Notes under the pieces: generated by a model
What the model was told of the DNA's origin: nothing
Seen by the model: only the letters and a program-made list of their open reading frames with translations
Database searches by the model: none
IMG/VR virus record: IMGVR_UViG_3300033075_001508
Location: 1-64,000 of that record
Direction: 5' to 3' (one strand)
Length of the DNA: 64,000 nucleotides
DNA from: a virus
Lineage: Duplodnaviria > Caudoviricetes
Shown here: positions 29,459 through 38,797 of the stretch, one piece after another
Layout: every line of letters begins with the position of its first letter
Numbering within the stretch: the first letter of the stretch is position 1
Program-made: the position numbers and the translations under genes

Positions 29459-30604
29459 ATTAAGGTTTTGATGATAGGTGTGTATCGAGACGGGACAGGA
29501 TGGGGCAAAGCTTGTGAAGATTACATTCTAGCCCTCGACGCGGCCGGCGTTGATGTTGTGCCGCGACCACTCAAGCTGAATAATGTCGCGCACCAACCGC
29601 CAGAGCGGGTTCTCCAACTTGAACGCAAGTCGGCTGCTGGCGCAGACACTGTCATCCAACATGTCCTTCCCCATCAAATGAGCTACAACGGGGCGGTCCG
29701 AAACATCGGTCTGTTCGCCTCGGAAACCAACCATTTCCAAAACACGTCCTGGGCAGAACGTCTTGATACCATGGACGATGTTTGGGTAATCAACAATCAA
29801 CAGGTCGACGCGTGCAAGCAAAGCGGCGTCCTGAAAACGCCGACTGTTATTCCACACGCCACCAACATCGAACGGTTCCAGCAGAGCTACGAGCCTCTGG
29901 ACCAACTAAAACCTTACAAGGACCAGGGCGACTTCATCTTCTACTTCGCGGGCGAATACGTCCGTCGCAAGAACCTGCTGGCGCTTGTCAAAGCGTTCCA
30001 CTTGGAGTTCGACCCCTACGAAAACGTTCAACTGGTCATCAAGACCAACCGCTCGGGCATGTCGCCATCGGACACGAAGAATCATGTCCTGGCCGACATT
30101 CAGAAAATCAAACACGGTCTGAAGCTTCATGGTGGCAGAACCGACTTCTACAAGCCGGAAATCGTCATCACGGACCGCCTCACCGAACACGGCATGATGC
30201 GATTGCACTCTGCCGGCGACTGCTTTGTTATGCCCTCTTTTGGCGAAGCCTGGTGCATTCCGGCCTTTGACGCCATGGCGATGGGGAAAACGCCCATTGT
30301 GACCTGGTGTACCGGCTTTCGTGACTACATCACGAGCGACATTGGTTGGTGCGTTGGTTATCGCAACGAACCTTGCTTTGGCGTGAACGACACGTTTCAC
30401 GATTTGTTTGTGGGCAACGAAAGTTGGTGCGGGATAGATGTTGATGATTTGAGGTCGTGTATGAGGATGGCCTATTCGCAGGATAGTCGACAGCGGGAGG
30501 AAATGGCCGCTAACGGAATGAGACGGGCGTACGATTTCACCTACGAGGCTGTGGGGGAACTGATGAAGCAATCCCTCCTGCAACAAAATGAGCGACGAGC
30601 GTGA
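29459..30604 (+). CDS. GT-B (GT4-like) glycosyltransferase
   Basis: (I)KVLMIGVYRDGTGWG, RRKNL, SFGEAWCIPAFDAMAMG; start ATT 29459 or TTG 29468. Confidence 0.85.
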   Translation: MKVLMIGVYRDGTGWGKACEDYILALDAAGVDVVPRPLKLNNVAHQPPERVLQLERKSAAGADTVIQHVLPHQMSYNGAVRNIGLFASETNHFQNTSWAERLDTMDDVWVINNQQVDACKQSGVLKTPTVIPHATNIERFQQSYEPLDQLKPYKDQGDFIFYFAGEYVRRKNLLALVKAFHLEFDPYENVQLVIKTNRSGMSPSDTKNHVLADIQKIKHGLKLHGGRTDFYKPEIVITDRLTEHGMMRLHSAGDCFVMPSFGEAWCIPAFDAMAMGKTPIVTWCTGFRDYITSDIGWCVGYRNEPCFGVNDTFHDLFVGNESWCGIDVDDLRSCMRMAYSQDSRQREEMAANGMRRAYDFTYEAVGELMKQSLLQQNERRA

Positions 30605-31427
30605 CTGGAAAGAGCAGCGGGAAGAATCGGTCTTCGAGGGGCTTGCCGCAAAACTGAAGCGGATGTTTAGGCCCAAGACGGATAATCAGGCCATATATCT
30701 TCAGGCCCTGGAATCCAAGACCATCACCATTTGCACCGGACCGGCTGGTACCGGCAAAACCTATATGGCGTGCGGATACGCTGCCCGCATGCTTAAGGCT
30801 GGACTTATCGAGAAGATTATCATTACCCGACCGCTCGTCCCGTGCGGCAAAGGTTATGGTTTTCGACCTGGAGATGTGGCCGCGAAAATTAAGCCAGACA
30901 TGCGGCCGTTTCTTGATGCTTTCCATGAGTTCTTCGGCCCAGCCGATATGAGGCGAATGCTGGAAGACGAAACCATCGAGATGCTTCCACTGGACGATAT
31001 GCGTGGATGTTCGTTGCCGAACACCATCATCATCTGCGACGAGGCCCAAAACGCGGAACTGAATCAGCTACACATGCTGCTCACTCGGTTCGGCGAGGGC
31101 TCCAAGGTGATTGTGACCGGCGACATCGCGGGCACGCAAACCGACTTGCGGCACCACGGAGAGAATCCGCTGCTCCAAGTTATCAAAAGGTTTGCCCCGA
31201 AATGCCACATCGACGTTCAAATCGTTCGGCTTGGCAGGGAAGACATCGTTCGGCACCCGCTTATCCAGTGGATTGACGAGCGATTCACGGAGGGGCCACC
31301 AGAACCGGAACCGGTGTCAACCTCGACCATTTGTCCGGAATGCGACAGCACCATCTGGTTTGAAAGAGATACTGTCGACCAGTGCGTGATTTGTCATCGC
31401 TGTGAAGAAGAAATATGGGTGACTTGA
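30588..31427 (+). CDS. phoH: PhoH-family ATPase
   Basis: GPAGTGKT, IITRP, MRG, DEAQN, LTRFG, TGD, QTDL, DIVRH. Confidence 0.93.
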   Translation: MSDERDWKEQREESVFEGLAAKLKRMFRPKTDNQAIYLQALESKTITICTGPAGTGKTYMACGYAARMLKAGLIEKIIITRPLVPCGKGYGFRPGDVAAKIKPDMRPFLDAFHEFFGPADMRRMLEDETIEMLPLDDMRGCSLPNTIIICDEAQNAELNQLHMLLTRFGEGSKVIVTGDIAGTQTDLRHHGENPLLQVIKRFAPKCHIDVQIVRLGREDIVRHPLIQWIDERFTEGPPEPEPVSTSTICPECDSTIWFERDTVDQCVICHRCEEEIWVT

Positions 31428-31446
31428 CCCGGTATAATACCTATTA

Positions 31447-31454
31447 GGTGTATC
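31447..31454 (+). promoter_or_regulatory. GGTGTAT motif upstream of the LAGLIDADG gene
   Basis: Intergenic, preceded by GGTATAAT at 31431. Confidence 0.4.
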
Positions 31455-31494
31455 TGATTTTACGGATTACACGTACACCGAGGGGCTACTAACC

Positions 31495-32238
31495 ATGGGT
31501 TCACGACGGTATCACCAGACACGTTGCCGCTTCTGCGACAACGTGTTTACTCCGATTCGGGCAACAAACTATTTTTGCTCTGGAGTATGTAGGGGCCAGC
31601 ATTTGACCCTTAAAACGCACCCAAACCTAAATCTGAGCTACTTCAGCCACCTGTCCAATAAGCAGGTGGCCTATTGGCTAGGTTTTTGTTGTGCCGATGG
31701 CACTGTTGGAACTTACAACAATAGCACACAATTCCGGCTAGCCATTTCTGTTAAAGACGAACATTGGCTAGACAGATTCATAACAGACGTTGGAGCGAAC
31801 CCGAATAAAAAGGTTTACACGCCGAAAAACAATAGCTCCCTTGTCGCTATTCAAATCAGAAACAAAGAGTTTGTAAACCATTTAATATCGGCAGGTTGCA
31901 CACCCAATAAGACTAAAACTCTTCGTTTTCCGGCTTTACCAACCATTGAAAGTAAACTGTCATTTCTTTTAGGTTTCTTCGATGGTGACGGCACCATATC
32001 CGGTAAACACGTATACTCCGCAGTCCTTACGTGTGCAAGCTACGATTTTCTTAACGATATAAAACGCACCTTCAGTATCGACTACCAAATTCGTACTCAT
32101 GGTGCCACGACTCATCAATGGAGGCTAACTCTGGGCAGCCGGTTATACAGAGCCATGCTCGCTAACTTCGAGTACAGCTTACCTCGCAAGCGCCTCAACT
32201 ACAAATACAACCTACCTTTATGGACAGAATGCGCCTGA
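31495..32238 (+). CDS. LAGLIDADG homing endonuclease (two motifs)
   Basis: AYWLGFCCADG and FLLGFFDGDG; AT-richer than neighbours. Confidence 0.85.
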   Translation: MGSRRYHQTRCRFCDNVFTPIRATNYFCSGVCRGQHLTLKTHPNLNLSYFSHLSNKQVAYWLGFCCADGTVGTYNNSTQFRLAISVKDEHWLDRFITDVGANPNKKVYTPKNNSSLVAIQIRNKEFVNHLISAGCTPNKTKTLRFPALPTIESKLSFLLGFFDGDGTISGKHVYSAVLTCASYDFLNDIKRTFSIDYQIRTHGATTHQWRLTLGSRLYRAMLANFEYSLPRKRLNYKYNLPLWTECA

Positions 32239-32912
32239 TAACCAACTTCGGGGATTATTACGATGCTTGGTTCGGCACGGACGGCCCCGAGTTTCGCAGG
32301 AGAAGCGACGAGGGGCTATCCAAGCCGGACCAGTTTCGTCTCATGGCCGACGCCGGCTTTCGAACGCCGCCGCACGGTCTTTTTGGCGATATTGCGAATA
32401 GCTGGTGGGAAGAAGAAGGTAGACGGGTCAGTTTCCTGGTGGTTTACGACGACCTTTTTGCTCATGCGGGCGAAGGGAAAAGACTCGTGCAGTCATGCTG
32501 GGCTCGCTGGGACGGATGTATCAACCGTATTCAACAATCGCGGGAGCGGAGCAGTATGTTCTGTTCGGCCTACGTTGGCAACGGATTCAACCCAAACCCA
32601 TGCACATGGCGGCTTCTCCAAGTGGGCCGGCACCGCTTCTGGATTGAATACAGGTCAAACGACCAGGACCAATGGCGCAGCAACTGCGGGGATGTGACTT
32701 GCGAGGTCTTGTCGGTCGAACTTGACCATGGAGTGGTTACGCCCATCCCCTACCCTCTTTGGGCCATCGACTTCGCCATAGGCAAGGAACTGTACGCAAT
32801 CGACTTCAACAACGCGCCGGGCATTCGGGGCTCGGGCGTGGAACGACACCTACCGCCAAAGCGCGCGGCCGAAGCTATTGAGGAGGCGTATGCTAGACTT
32901 GTTCAAGCCTAA
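32229..32912 (+). CDS. Divergent RimK-like ATP-grasp protein
   Basis: K..FRLMADAGFRTP, HAGEG, RLLQVG, WRSN, AIDF, IDFNNAPG in RimK order. Confidence 0.5.
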   Translation: MRLITNFGDYYDAWFGTDGPEFRRRSDEGLSKPDQFRLMADAGFRTPPHGLFGDIANSWWEEEGRRVSFLVVYDDLFAHAGEGKRLVQSCWARWDGCINRIQQSRERSSMFCSAYVGNGFNPNPCTWRLLQVGRHRFWIEYRSNDQDQWRSNCGDVTCEVLSVELDHGVVTPIPYPLWAIDFAIGKELYAIDFNNAPGIRGSGVERHLPPKRAAEAIEEAYARLVQA

Positions 32913-33447
32913 GTTGTCTTTTACCATCGGTTTGCCTCGCTCTGGCAAATCCACCTTCTGCGAACAATGGGTACAAAAGAGAGACGACAAGACTGTTAAA
33001 GGCACGATGGAGGCAATGGCATCCCGCGAGTACATCATCTGGAACCGAAATCCTCGGGTTATCGTTTCAGGCGACAGCTTCCGCCGAGCCCTTCACGGCC
33101 ACTCTTACATAAACAACGCCGAAGGAATGGTCTTCGCCAGTATGGATGTAGCCATCAAGGCTCTCCTGCTCAGCGGCCATGACGTAATTGTTGACGAGAC
33201 CAGCACTACCAAGGGTACTATTCTTAGATACCTTCGCATCGACATCAACGCGGAACCCATCTGGATTGACACGCCGGCCGAGGTTTGCAAACAGCGAGCA
33301 ATCGACACCAACAAACCGTATTTGCTCGGCCCCATCGACCGAATGGCCGCACAGCTTGCCGAGTTGAAAGCCGACTGGCCCAACAACTTCGAGCGGATGA
33401 AGCAATACCTGCTCGACCGCAAAGAAAACGACGTGGTAGCCCTCTGA
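32890..33447 (+). CDS. P-loop kinase (polynucleotide kinase-like)
   Basis: IGLPRSGKST, SGDSFR, VIVDET, CKQR. Confidence 0.75.
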   Translation: MLDLFKPKLSFTIGLPRSGKSTFCEQWVQKRDDKTVKGTMEAMASREYIIWNRNPRVIVSGDSFRRALHGHSYINNAEGMVFASMDVAIKALLLSGHDVIVDETSTTKGTILRYLRIDINAEPIWIDTPAEVCKQRAIDTNKPYLLGPIDRMAAQLAELKADWPNNFERMKQYLLDRKENDVVAL

Positions 33448-33893
33448 TGCTTCTCGACCTTCCCGACATCAGGCAGAGCAGCGACTTCGATTGCGGCGCT
33501 GCCACAACCAACTGCGTGTTCACATACCTGGGTTACAACAAACCGCGTAAGTTCTTCCTGCAAATGCTCGGCACCAACGAGATGAACGGGACGGACCCAC
33601 GCACGCTTGAGGCGCAGATTCGCAGGGAAGGCTACAAGGTTTTGTCCGGTGACATGGCGATTGAGGACCTCCGGAGCCAAGCCAACCAGGGTCGGCCGGT
33701 AATCCTCCTGGTCACCCTGCATGGCGGCGGACACTACATCACCAGCCGTGGCGTTCAGCGAGGACGAGTCCATTACCAGGACCCGAGTTGTGGTCCACAA
33801 AGCATGAAGGTCAACGAGTTCAAGGAAAGATGGAACGACTACGACAGATTTGGGATTACCTACGCGAATTTTGGAATCGCTGTCTGGAACTAG
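33447..33893 (+). CDS. Peptidase C39-like cysteine protease
   Basis: QSSDFDCGAA (Q, C), GHYI (H), YQDP (D). Confidence 0.75.
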   Translation: MLLDLPDIRQSSDFDCGAATTNCVFTYLGYNKPRKFFLQMLGTNEMNGTDPRTLEAQIRREGYKVLSGDMAIEDLRSQANQGRPVILLVTLHGGGHYITSRGVQRGRVHYQDPSCGPQSMKVNEFKERWNDYDRFGITYANFGIAVWN

Positions 33894-33910
33894 CCAGGAC
33901 GATTGTAGGT

Positions 33911-34111
33911 ATGCTTCAGAATGCGGACTGGGAGACCATCAACGGTTTCCTGGAGAATCCTCTTGAGTCGCTTCGATGGGGCCTTTACTGGCTAGCCATT
34001 CGGCTGAAGTTTCGGCGTGAGTACAACGAGACCCACGGGATGGTTCCAACCCATCTGGACCGGCTCTTCAAAGTCGTGGAAACAGCGGGATACAGGTACA
34101 AGCCAGAATGA
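33911..34111 (+). CDS. Hypothetical protein
   Basis: Fills the gap; start uncertain. Confidence 0.4.
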   Translation: MLQNADWETINGFLENPLESLRWGLYWLAIRLKFRREYNETHGMVPTHLDRLFKVVETAGYRYKPE

Positions 34112-34590
34112 TGGCCGAATTGCCACTTCAGAACACTTATCAAAAAGCTTTGGTTGATGAGGATATCCTTGAACGATTAAGGATATACAAGTGGTATCTG
34201 AACAAGGTCACCGGATACGTGTATGGGTACTTCGGCAATCAAAAGCAAAAGAAGGTGTATTTGCACAGATTCATCCTGGGTCTGCCGGACCGGACTCCAG
34301 CTGTTGACCACGCTGACGGAAATCCTCTAAATTGCACGCGAGATAACCTTCGAGTCTGCACAATAAGACAAAACGCCGGGAACCAGCGTAAGAGGGAAAA
34401 TGTGTCGGTGACTTCCAAGTTTAAGGGGGTCTCCTGGGAAAAACGGGTCTCCAAATGGCGAGCCACGATTTTCAAGAACTATAAGCAGATACATATTGGC
34501 ACATTCGAGTCCGAGGAAGATGCGGCGAAAGCGTACAACGCTAAAGCCATAGAGGTTTTTGGCGAATTTGCGAGGCTAAACAATGTCTAA
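34108..34590 (+). CDS. HNH endonuclease with AP2 DNA-binding domain
   Basis: LHRFIL, VDHADGNPLNCTRDNLR; SKFKGVSW..WRA..GTF..EEDAAKAYN. Confidence 0.88.
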   Translation: MMAELPLQNTYQKALVDEDILERLRIYKWYLNKVTGYVYGYFGNQKQKKVYLHRFILGLPDRTPAVDHADGNPLNCTRDNLRVCTIRQNAGNQRKRENVSVTSKFKGVSWEKRVSKWRATIFKNYKQIHIGTFESEEDAAKAYNAKAIEVFGEFARLNNV

Positions 34591-36613
34591 CCCGGTAGCG
34601 TCCATTGTTCGTGCGGCGGTCAGGAAAAAGGGTGAACCTCTTAATATCATCAGTTTTCCTACTCACGAAAGATACCAGAGTGGTTTAGCGAAATGTAACG
34701 CCAACTTTTATTTGCTTCGCGCTGCTGGAATCAAGGATTGGACAACAAAATACGCCCCGCTTCCCGACAACCATATTCTTCTCGACCCCAACAAGGGCGA
34801 CAAACAACTTCCCTTGGAAGTCGACTTCGACCTGGTCCTCAGCCAGAACAAGTTCGGCCAATTCCAGTGGGCGCAGGAGTTGTCCAGACGCTACCACCTG
34901 CCGCTCGTTTCGCTGGAACACACGCTTCCTGTTCCGCAATGGGGCAGAAAACGACGAGAAGCTCTCCTGCAAATGCGGGGGCACATCAATGTATTCATCT
35001 CGGAGTTTAGCAGGAAAGAGTGGGGATTCAACGACCAGGACGCTTTGATTGTTCATCATGGGGTTGACACCGACCTGTTTAGCCCTAATGATTTGGTAGT
35101 AGACAAGAAACAACATGTCTTGTCGGTTGTAAACGATTGGGCTAACAGAGACTGGTGTATGCCTGCCGGACAAAAAATCCTCACAACTCGCGGATACGTT
35201 CCTGTCGAGAAATTGAAGGTGGGAATGGAGGTATTAACCGACGACGGTACGCCGCACCCCATCACTAAGACATTCGTCCGAGACTATTTTGGCGACATGG
35301 TTGTTGTGCGACTTGACCAAGATACAGAGCTTAGGTTCACTCCTACACATGCTATTCGAGTGCTTCGCGATGGTCAATGGAAGTATGTTGAGGCCAGTCG
35401 AGTACGGGCTGGTGACACCCTCAGATTTCCCGAACATCGGCAAACCGACTTTTCATTTAACGATGAAGAATATGCCTGGTTAATTGGCCTAATTGTTGGT
35501 GACGGGTCCGTAAACGAATCGGGAAGCCTTTCTATTGCGTTTCACACTGACGAGAGGGAGCGTGCAGAGAAAGCTCTATCTGTTCTGAATAGATGGATTG
35601 GAAACGGCAACATTTCGGAACGTTATCGGTCGCGGGGCCAAAACGCGATAACCGTTGATGCGACAGCAAGAGTCTTTTGCGAATGGCTTAGACCGCATAT
35701 CGGAGGAAAGTCCGCAGAGAAACGACTGCCTGACTTCATCATGAGGGGAAGCTTGCCTGTGCGGCTTGCGGCACTTCGCGGCCTATGGGCTGCGGATGGG
35801 TCATTCAAGAATGGAAAAGGGCATTCGCCGAGAGGATGCTTTTCGACTATCTCTCCATGTCTCGCCGCTCAAGTCAGCGAGCTTCTTATGTCGTTCGGCG
35901 CAAAATGCTCGGTCAGACGTTTTAAGCGGACTACCAATAAATCAAATGGTCAGGTAGTGCCGATATACCGAGTCGTCGCCTACGGTAAGGATAACGTAGA
36001 AAGATGTAGGCGTATAATTGAATCCGCTCGTTGGGACGAACTCCACTGCGCATTTCGGCCGGTCGTTCAAGACGTTCGCGTTGAAGAAGAATGGGCCGGC
36101 AAGGTGTACAACTGCGAGGTGGCTGATGACCATTCGTATGTTGTAGCTCCAGGTTTTGTGGCTCATAATTGCTGCGGATTCTCTTTGTGGCGAGAAGCAG
36201 CCAAAGGGCTTCCAGTGTTCGTGGTGGGCGACACACCAGGCTTATCCAAGCCGGCCGCGTCCATTCCCGAGCTTGTTATGCGGTATCGCGAGGCCCAGGT
36301 CTTCATCAACACCAGCCTTATCAGCCCCGTCCCAACCGCTCTACTTGAAGCGATGTCTTGTGGGTGCCCGGTGGTATCGACCGCAACGTGCATGATTCCC
36401 GAGGTCATCCAACATGGCGTAAATGGGTTCATGTCGAACGACCCCAGAGAGCTTGGAGAATACTGCCGGATTCTGCTGGCCGACGAGAAGCTTCGCGAGC
36501 AGATGGGTGCGGCGGCAAGACAAACCATCCTCGACCGGTTCTCGATGGGCAAGTTCGTGGCCAACTGGAATCGCGTTTTCGAGCAAGCGGCAAACATCGT
36601 TTTTACAGGATAG
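34583..36613 (+). CDS. GT-B (GT4-like) glycosyltransferase precursor containing an intein
   Basis: HHGVDTDLF, PTALLEAMSCGCPVV, PEVIQHGVNG flank the intein. Confidence 0.88.
   Translation: MSNPVASIVRAAVRKKGEPLNIISFPTHERYQSGLAKCNANFYLLRAAGIKDWTTKYAPLPDNHILLDPNKGDKQLPLEVDFDLVLSQNKFGQFQWAQELSRRYHLPLVSLEHTLPVPQWGRKRREALLQMRGHINVFISEFSRKEWGFNDQDALIVHHGVDTDLFSPNDLVVDKKQHVLSVVNDWANRDWCMPAGQKILTTRGYVPVEKLKVGMEVLTDDGTPHPITKTFVRDYFGDMVVVRLDQDTELRFTPTHAIRVLRDGQWKYVEASRVRAGDTLRFPEHRQTDFSFNDEEYAWLIGLIVGDGSVNESGSLSIAFHTDERERAEKALSVLNRWIGNGNISERYRSRGQNAITVDATARVFCEWLRPHIGGKSAEKRLPDFIMRGSLPVRLAALRGLWAADGSFKNGKGHSPRGCFSTISPCLAAQVSELLMSFGAKCSVRRFKRTTNKSNGQVVPIYRVVAYGKDNVERCRRIIESARWDELHCAFRPVVQDVRVEEEWAGKVYNCEVADDHSYVVAPGFVAHNCCGFSLWREAAKGLPVFVVGDTPGLSKPAASIPELVMRYREAQVFINTSLISPVPTALLEAMSCGCPVVSTATCMIPEVIQHGVNGFMSNDPRELGEYCRILLADEKLREQMGAAARQTILDRFSMGKFVANWNRVFEQAANIVFTG
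35156..36169 (+). mobile_element. Intein (338 aa) with LAGLIDADG endonuclease
   Basis: Block A CMPAGQKILT, block B TPTHAI, WLIGLIVGDG and LRGLWAADG, block F VYNCEV, terminal HN followed by Cys+1. Confidence 0.92.
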
Positions 36614-36615
36614 TC

Positions 36616-37083
36616 ATGAAAATCAACCTCCTCATCAATAACCACGGCGACGTTCGTTCGGGCTACATCAATCTCGACCCGGCCGCTCCGCAGGATTCGC
36701 CGGATGGTCGTTTGCCGGCCGACCTGTCCAATCTGGGCCAGTTCGTTGAAGCGAACGAAGCAACCGAGATTGTGGCTCATGACATTCTCGACGCTTTCCC
36801 GGGCGATAAGGTAGACGAAGCGTTGGATAACTGGGTGAGCAAGCTGGCGCATGGAGGCCGGCTGGTTTTGTCCGTGATTGACTTTCGTGAAGTCAGCCGC
36901 TCGTACCTGTCTCACATTCTCACCATCGACAAGGTCAACCTTCTTATTCACGGCGAGGGACATCGCCGAAACTGCTCATTGACCCTGGAACAACTTGTGG
37001 ATGTTCTGAAAAACAAGGGCCTCAAGATTCTCATTCGTCGCGTGGAGAACTTCCGTGCAGTAGTCGTAGCAGAGAGACCATAA
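36616..37083 (+). CDS. Degenerate SAM-methyltransferase-like protein
   Basis: GYINLD, EIVAHDILD, KLAHGGRL, but no GxG motif I. Confidence 0.55.
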   Translation: MKINLLINNHGDVRSGYINLDPAAPQDSPDGRLPADLSNLGQFVEANEATEIVAHDILDAFPGDKVDEALDNWVSKLAHGGRLVLSVIDFREVSRSYLSHILTIDKVNLLIHGEGHRRNCSLTLEQLVDVLKNKGLKILIRRVENFRAVVVAERP

Positions 37084-38048
37084 TGGACAATTTTATTTCC
37101 GCAGAACAAATGGAGCTAGCGGCCGAGTCGCTCAAACAAGACCCCTCGGCACAAGCAAACGACGACAATCTAATCGCGAAAGTGCATACCGCCTGCCGCA
37201 CCTGCGTGTTTGCCCAGTACGAAGGCTTGACCCAGACCGGCTGCAAAGTCGGTCGAATCGACCAGTACAAAGAGCAAGATGGCGAAGCTGTTGTGGAAGC
37301 CTACACGCTCGACGGCGGCAAAGAGGTCGAGTTTTACGTCGTCAACGGCCGGCTCTGCAACCTCTTTCGAGACCGCGCCAGCCATTGGGCGAGCGAACAC
37401 AAGGACAACCACGAGAAGCAAGCCCGCAAAGAAGTCCGTCTCAAGATGGCGTTTCTGGTCTACCTTGGCGAGGGCCTCACGGTTGAATCTCTGAAAGAAA
37501 CCGCGAAGAGCATCAAGGCCCAGGCTATCCTTCCTCATCTCGTCCTGTTCATCAACAACCAGTCCACCGTAAAGCCCGGGGAAATCAACGTCGCGCTTTG
37601 GCAGACGCTCGGCAATGCCGTGACCTGGAGAATCAACGCGGTGGTTGAACGAGGCGAGAACGGCGCAAGAGTGAGCAGGGAAAGGGCATTGGACATCGCA
37701 GCTTTCAGCCTCCCGAATCCGGCAGTCTCGAAAACGGCCTGTGCGACTTGCTACGCGGTTTTCTATCCAGGCTTCGTCGTTCCGCGAGATTTCATTTCTA
37801 GCATCGACCAGGCCGTCAACGGCAACCTTGACCGGTTCCGCCTGCTGACTCCCCTGGAAGACGGTAACGCTCTTGTCTGCCAGATTTGGATGCACCAACA
37901 TCCGATGATTGGCGGGTACGACAACTGGTACGGCCCCAACGGCGAAGTCATCAGCGACTTGGTCGAAAAGGTCAAGGCCTTGAGCGAAGCCCACAACACC
38001 CCACACCTCTACAGGAGCGTCAAGGACGTATGTCCGTCCCTCTCGTAA
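37083..38048 (+). CDS. Hypothetical protein, possible degenerate GT-A fold
   Basis: CRTCVFA N-terminal Cys domain; ETAKSIKAQ..VLFINN resembles the GT-A start. Confidence 0.5.
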   Translation: MDNFISAEQMELAAESLKQDPSAQANDDNLIAKVHTACRTCVFAQYEGLTQTGCKVGRIDQYKEQDGEAVVEAYTLDGGKEVEFYVVNGRLCNLFRDRASHWASEHKDNHEKQARKEVRLKMAFLVYLGEGLTVESLKETAKSIKAQAILPHLVLFINNQSTVKPGEINVALWQTLGNAVTWRINAVVERGENGARVSRERALDIAAFSLPNPAVSKTACATCYAVFYPGFVVPRDFISSIDQAVNGNLDRFRLLTPLEDGNALVCQIWMHQHPMIGGYDNWYGPNGEVISDLVEKVKALSEAHNTPHLYRSVKDVCPSLS

Positions 38049-38797
38049 CCGCAGTCATTCCCTGCCATAATCACCGGCTCTGGGTGAACGACGCCGTCGA
38101 CTCCATTGCTCGCCAAGACTATCCGGCAAAGCGAATCGTTGTCGTGGACGACGGCTCCAAGGACGACTCGTTTGATGTGGTGGCCCGCCGACTATACAAG
38201 CCCCGCCCCCTTGGGAACGACGGCAGGGGCGTGGTCGGCAAACTGCTCAACACCATGGTCGACATCATGGTTATTCGGCACGAGGTGGCGAAAGGGCCAA
38301 GTGCAGCCCGCAACTTCGGTATGCGGGCCGGCTGGGAAAACACGTCCGTCTTTGCCTTCCTGGATTCCGACGACCTGTATGAGCCGGGCAAGATTTCCAG
38401 GTCGATGACAAAGTTCGTGGATGCCCCAGACCATATCGGCGTTGTCTACTCGGACTTCGACACGCTCAACCCTTCCGGACTTCGCATCCGCCAATACAAG
38501 CCCGGGTTCAGCCGGGAACTGCTCCTACGTGAGTGCATCGTCAATTGCGACTCGCTCGTGAGCAGGAAAGCTATCGAGGCGGTCGGCGGGTTCGATGAAG
38601 AGCTTCGCGTGGCCGAAGACTACGACCTCTGGCTGAGGATATCGGAAAAGTTCGTTATCTCCCATCTTGCTGAACCGCTCGTCGTGGTTCGAGTTGGTGA
38701 ACATAGCAGCACATCCACCGTCGCCAAAAAGACATGGGAAGCATGCTGGGCGCGCGTGATGCAAAAGGTGCGCGAACGCGCAACGGTCGGACAGTGA
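38030..38797 (+). CDS. GT2 glycosyltransferase
   Basis: VIPCHN, VVDDGSKD, GPSAARN, FLDSDD, GGFDE, EDYDLWLR. Confidence 0.92.
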   Translation: MSVPLVTAVIPCHNHRLWVNDAVDSIARQDYPAKRIVVVDDGSKDDSFDVVARRLYKPRPLGNDGRGVVGKLLNTMVDIMVIRHEVAKGPSAARNFGMRAGWENTSVFAFLDSDDLYEPGKISRSMTKFVDAPDHIGVVYSDFDTLNPSGLRIRQYKPGFSRELLLRECIVNCDSLVSRKAIEAVGGFDEELRVAEDYDLWLRISEKFVISHLAEPLVVVRVGEHSSTSTVAKKTWEACWARVMQKVRERATVGQ

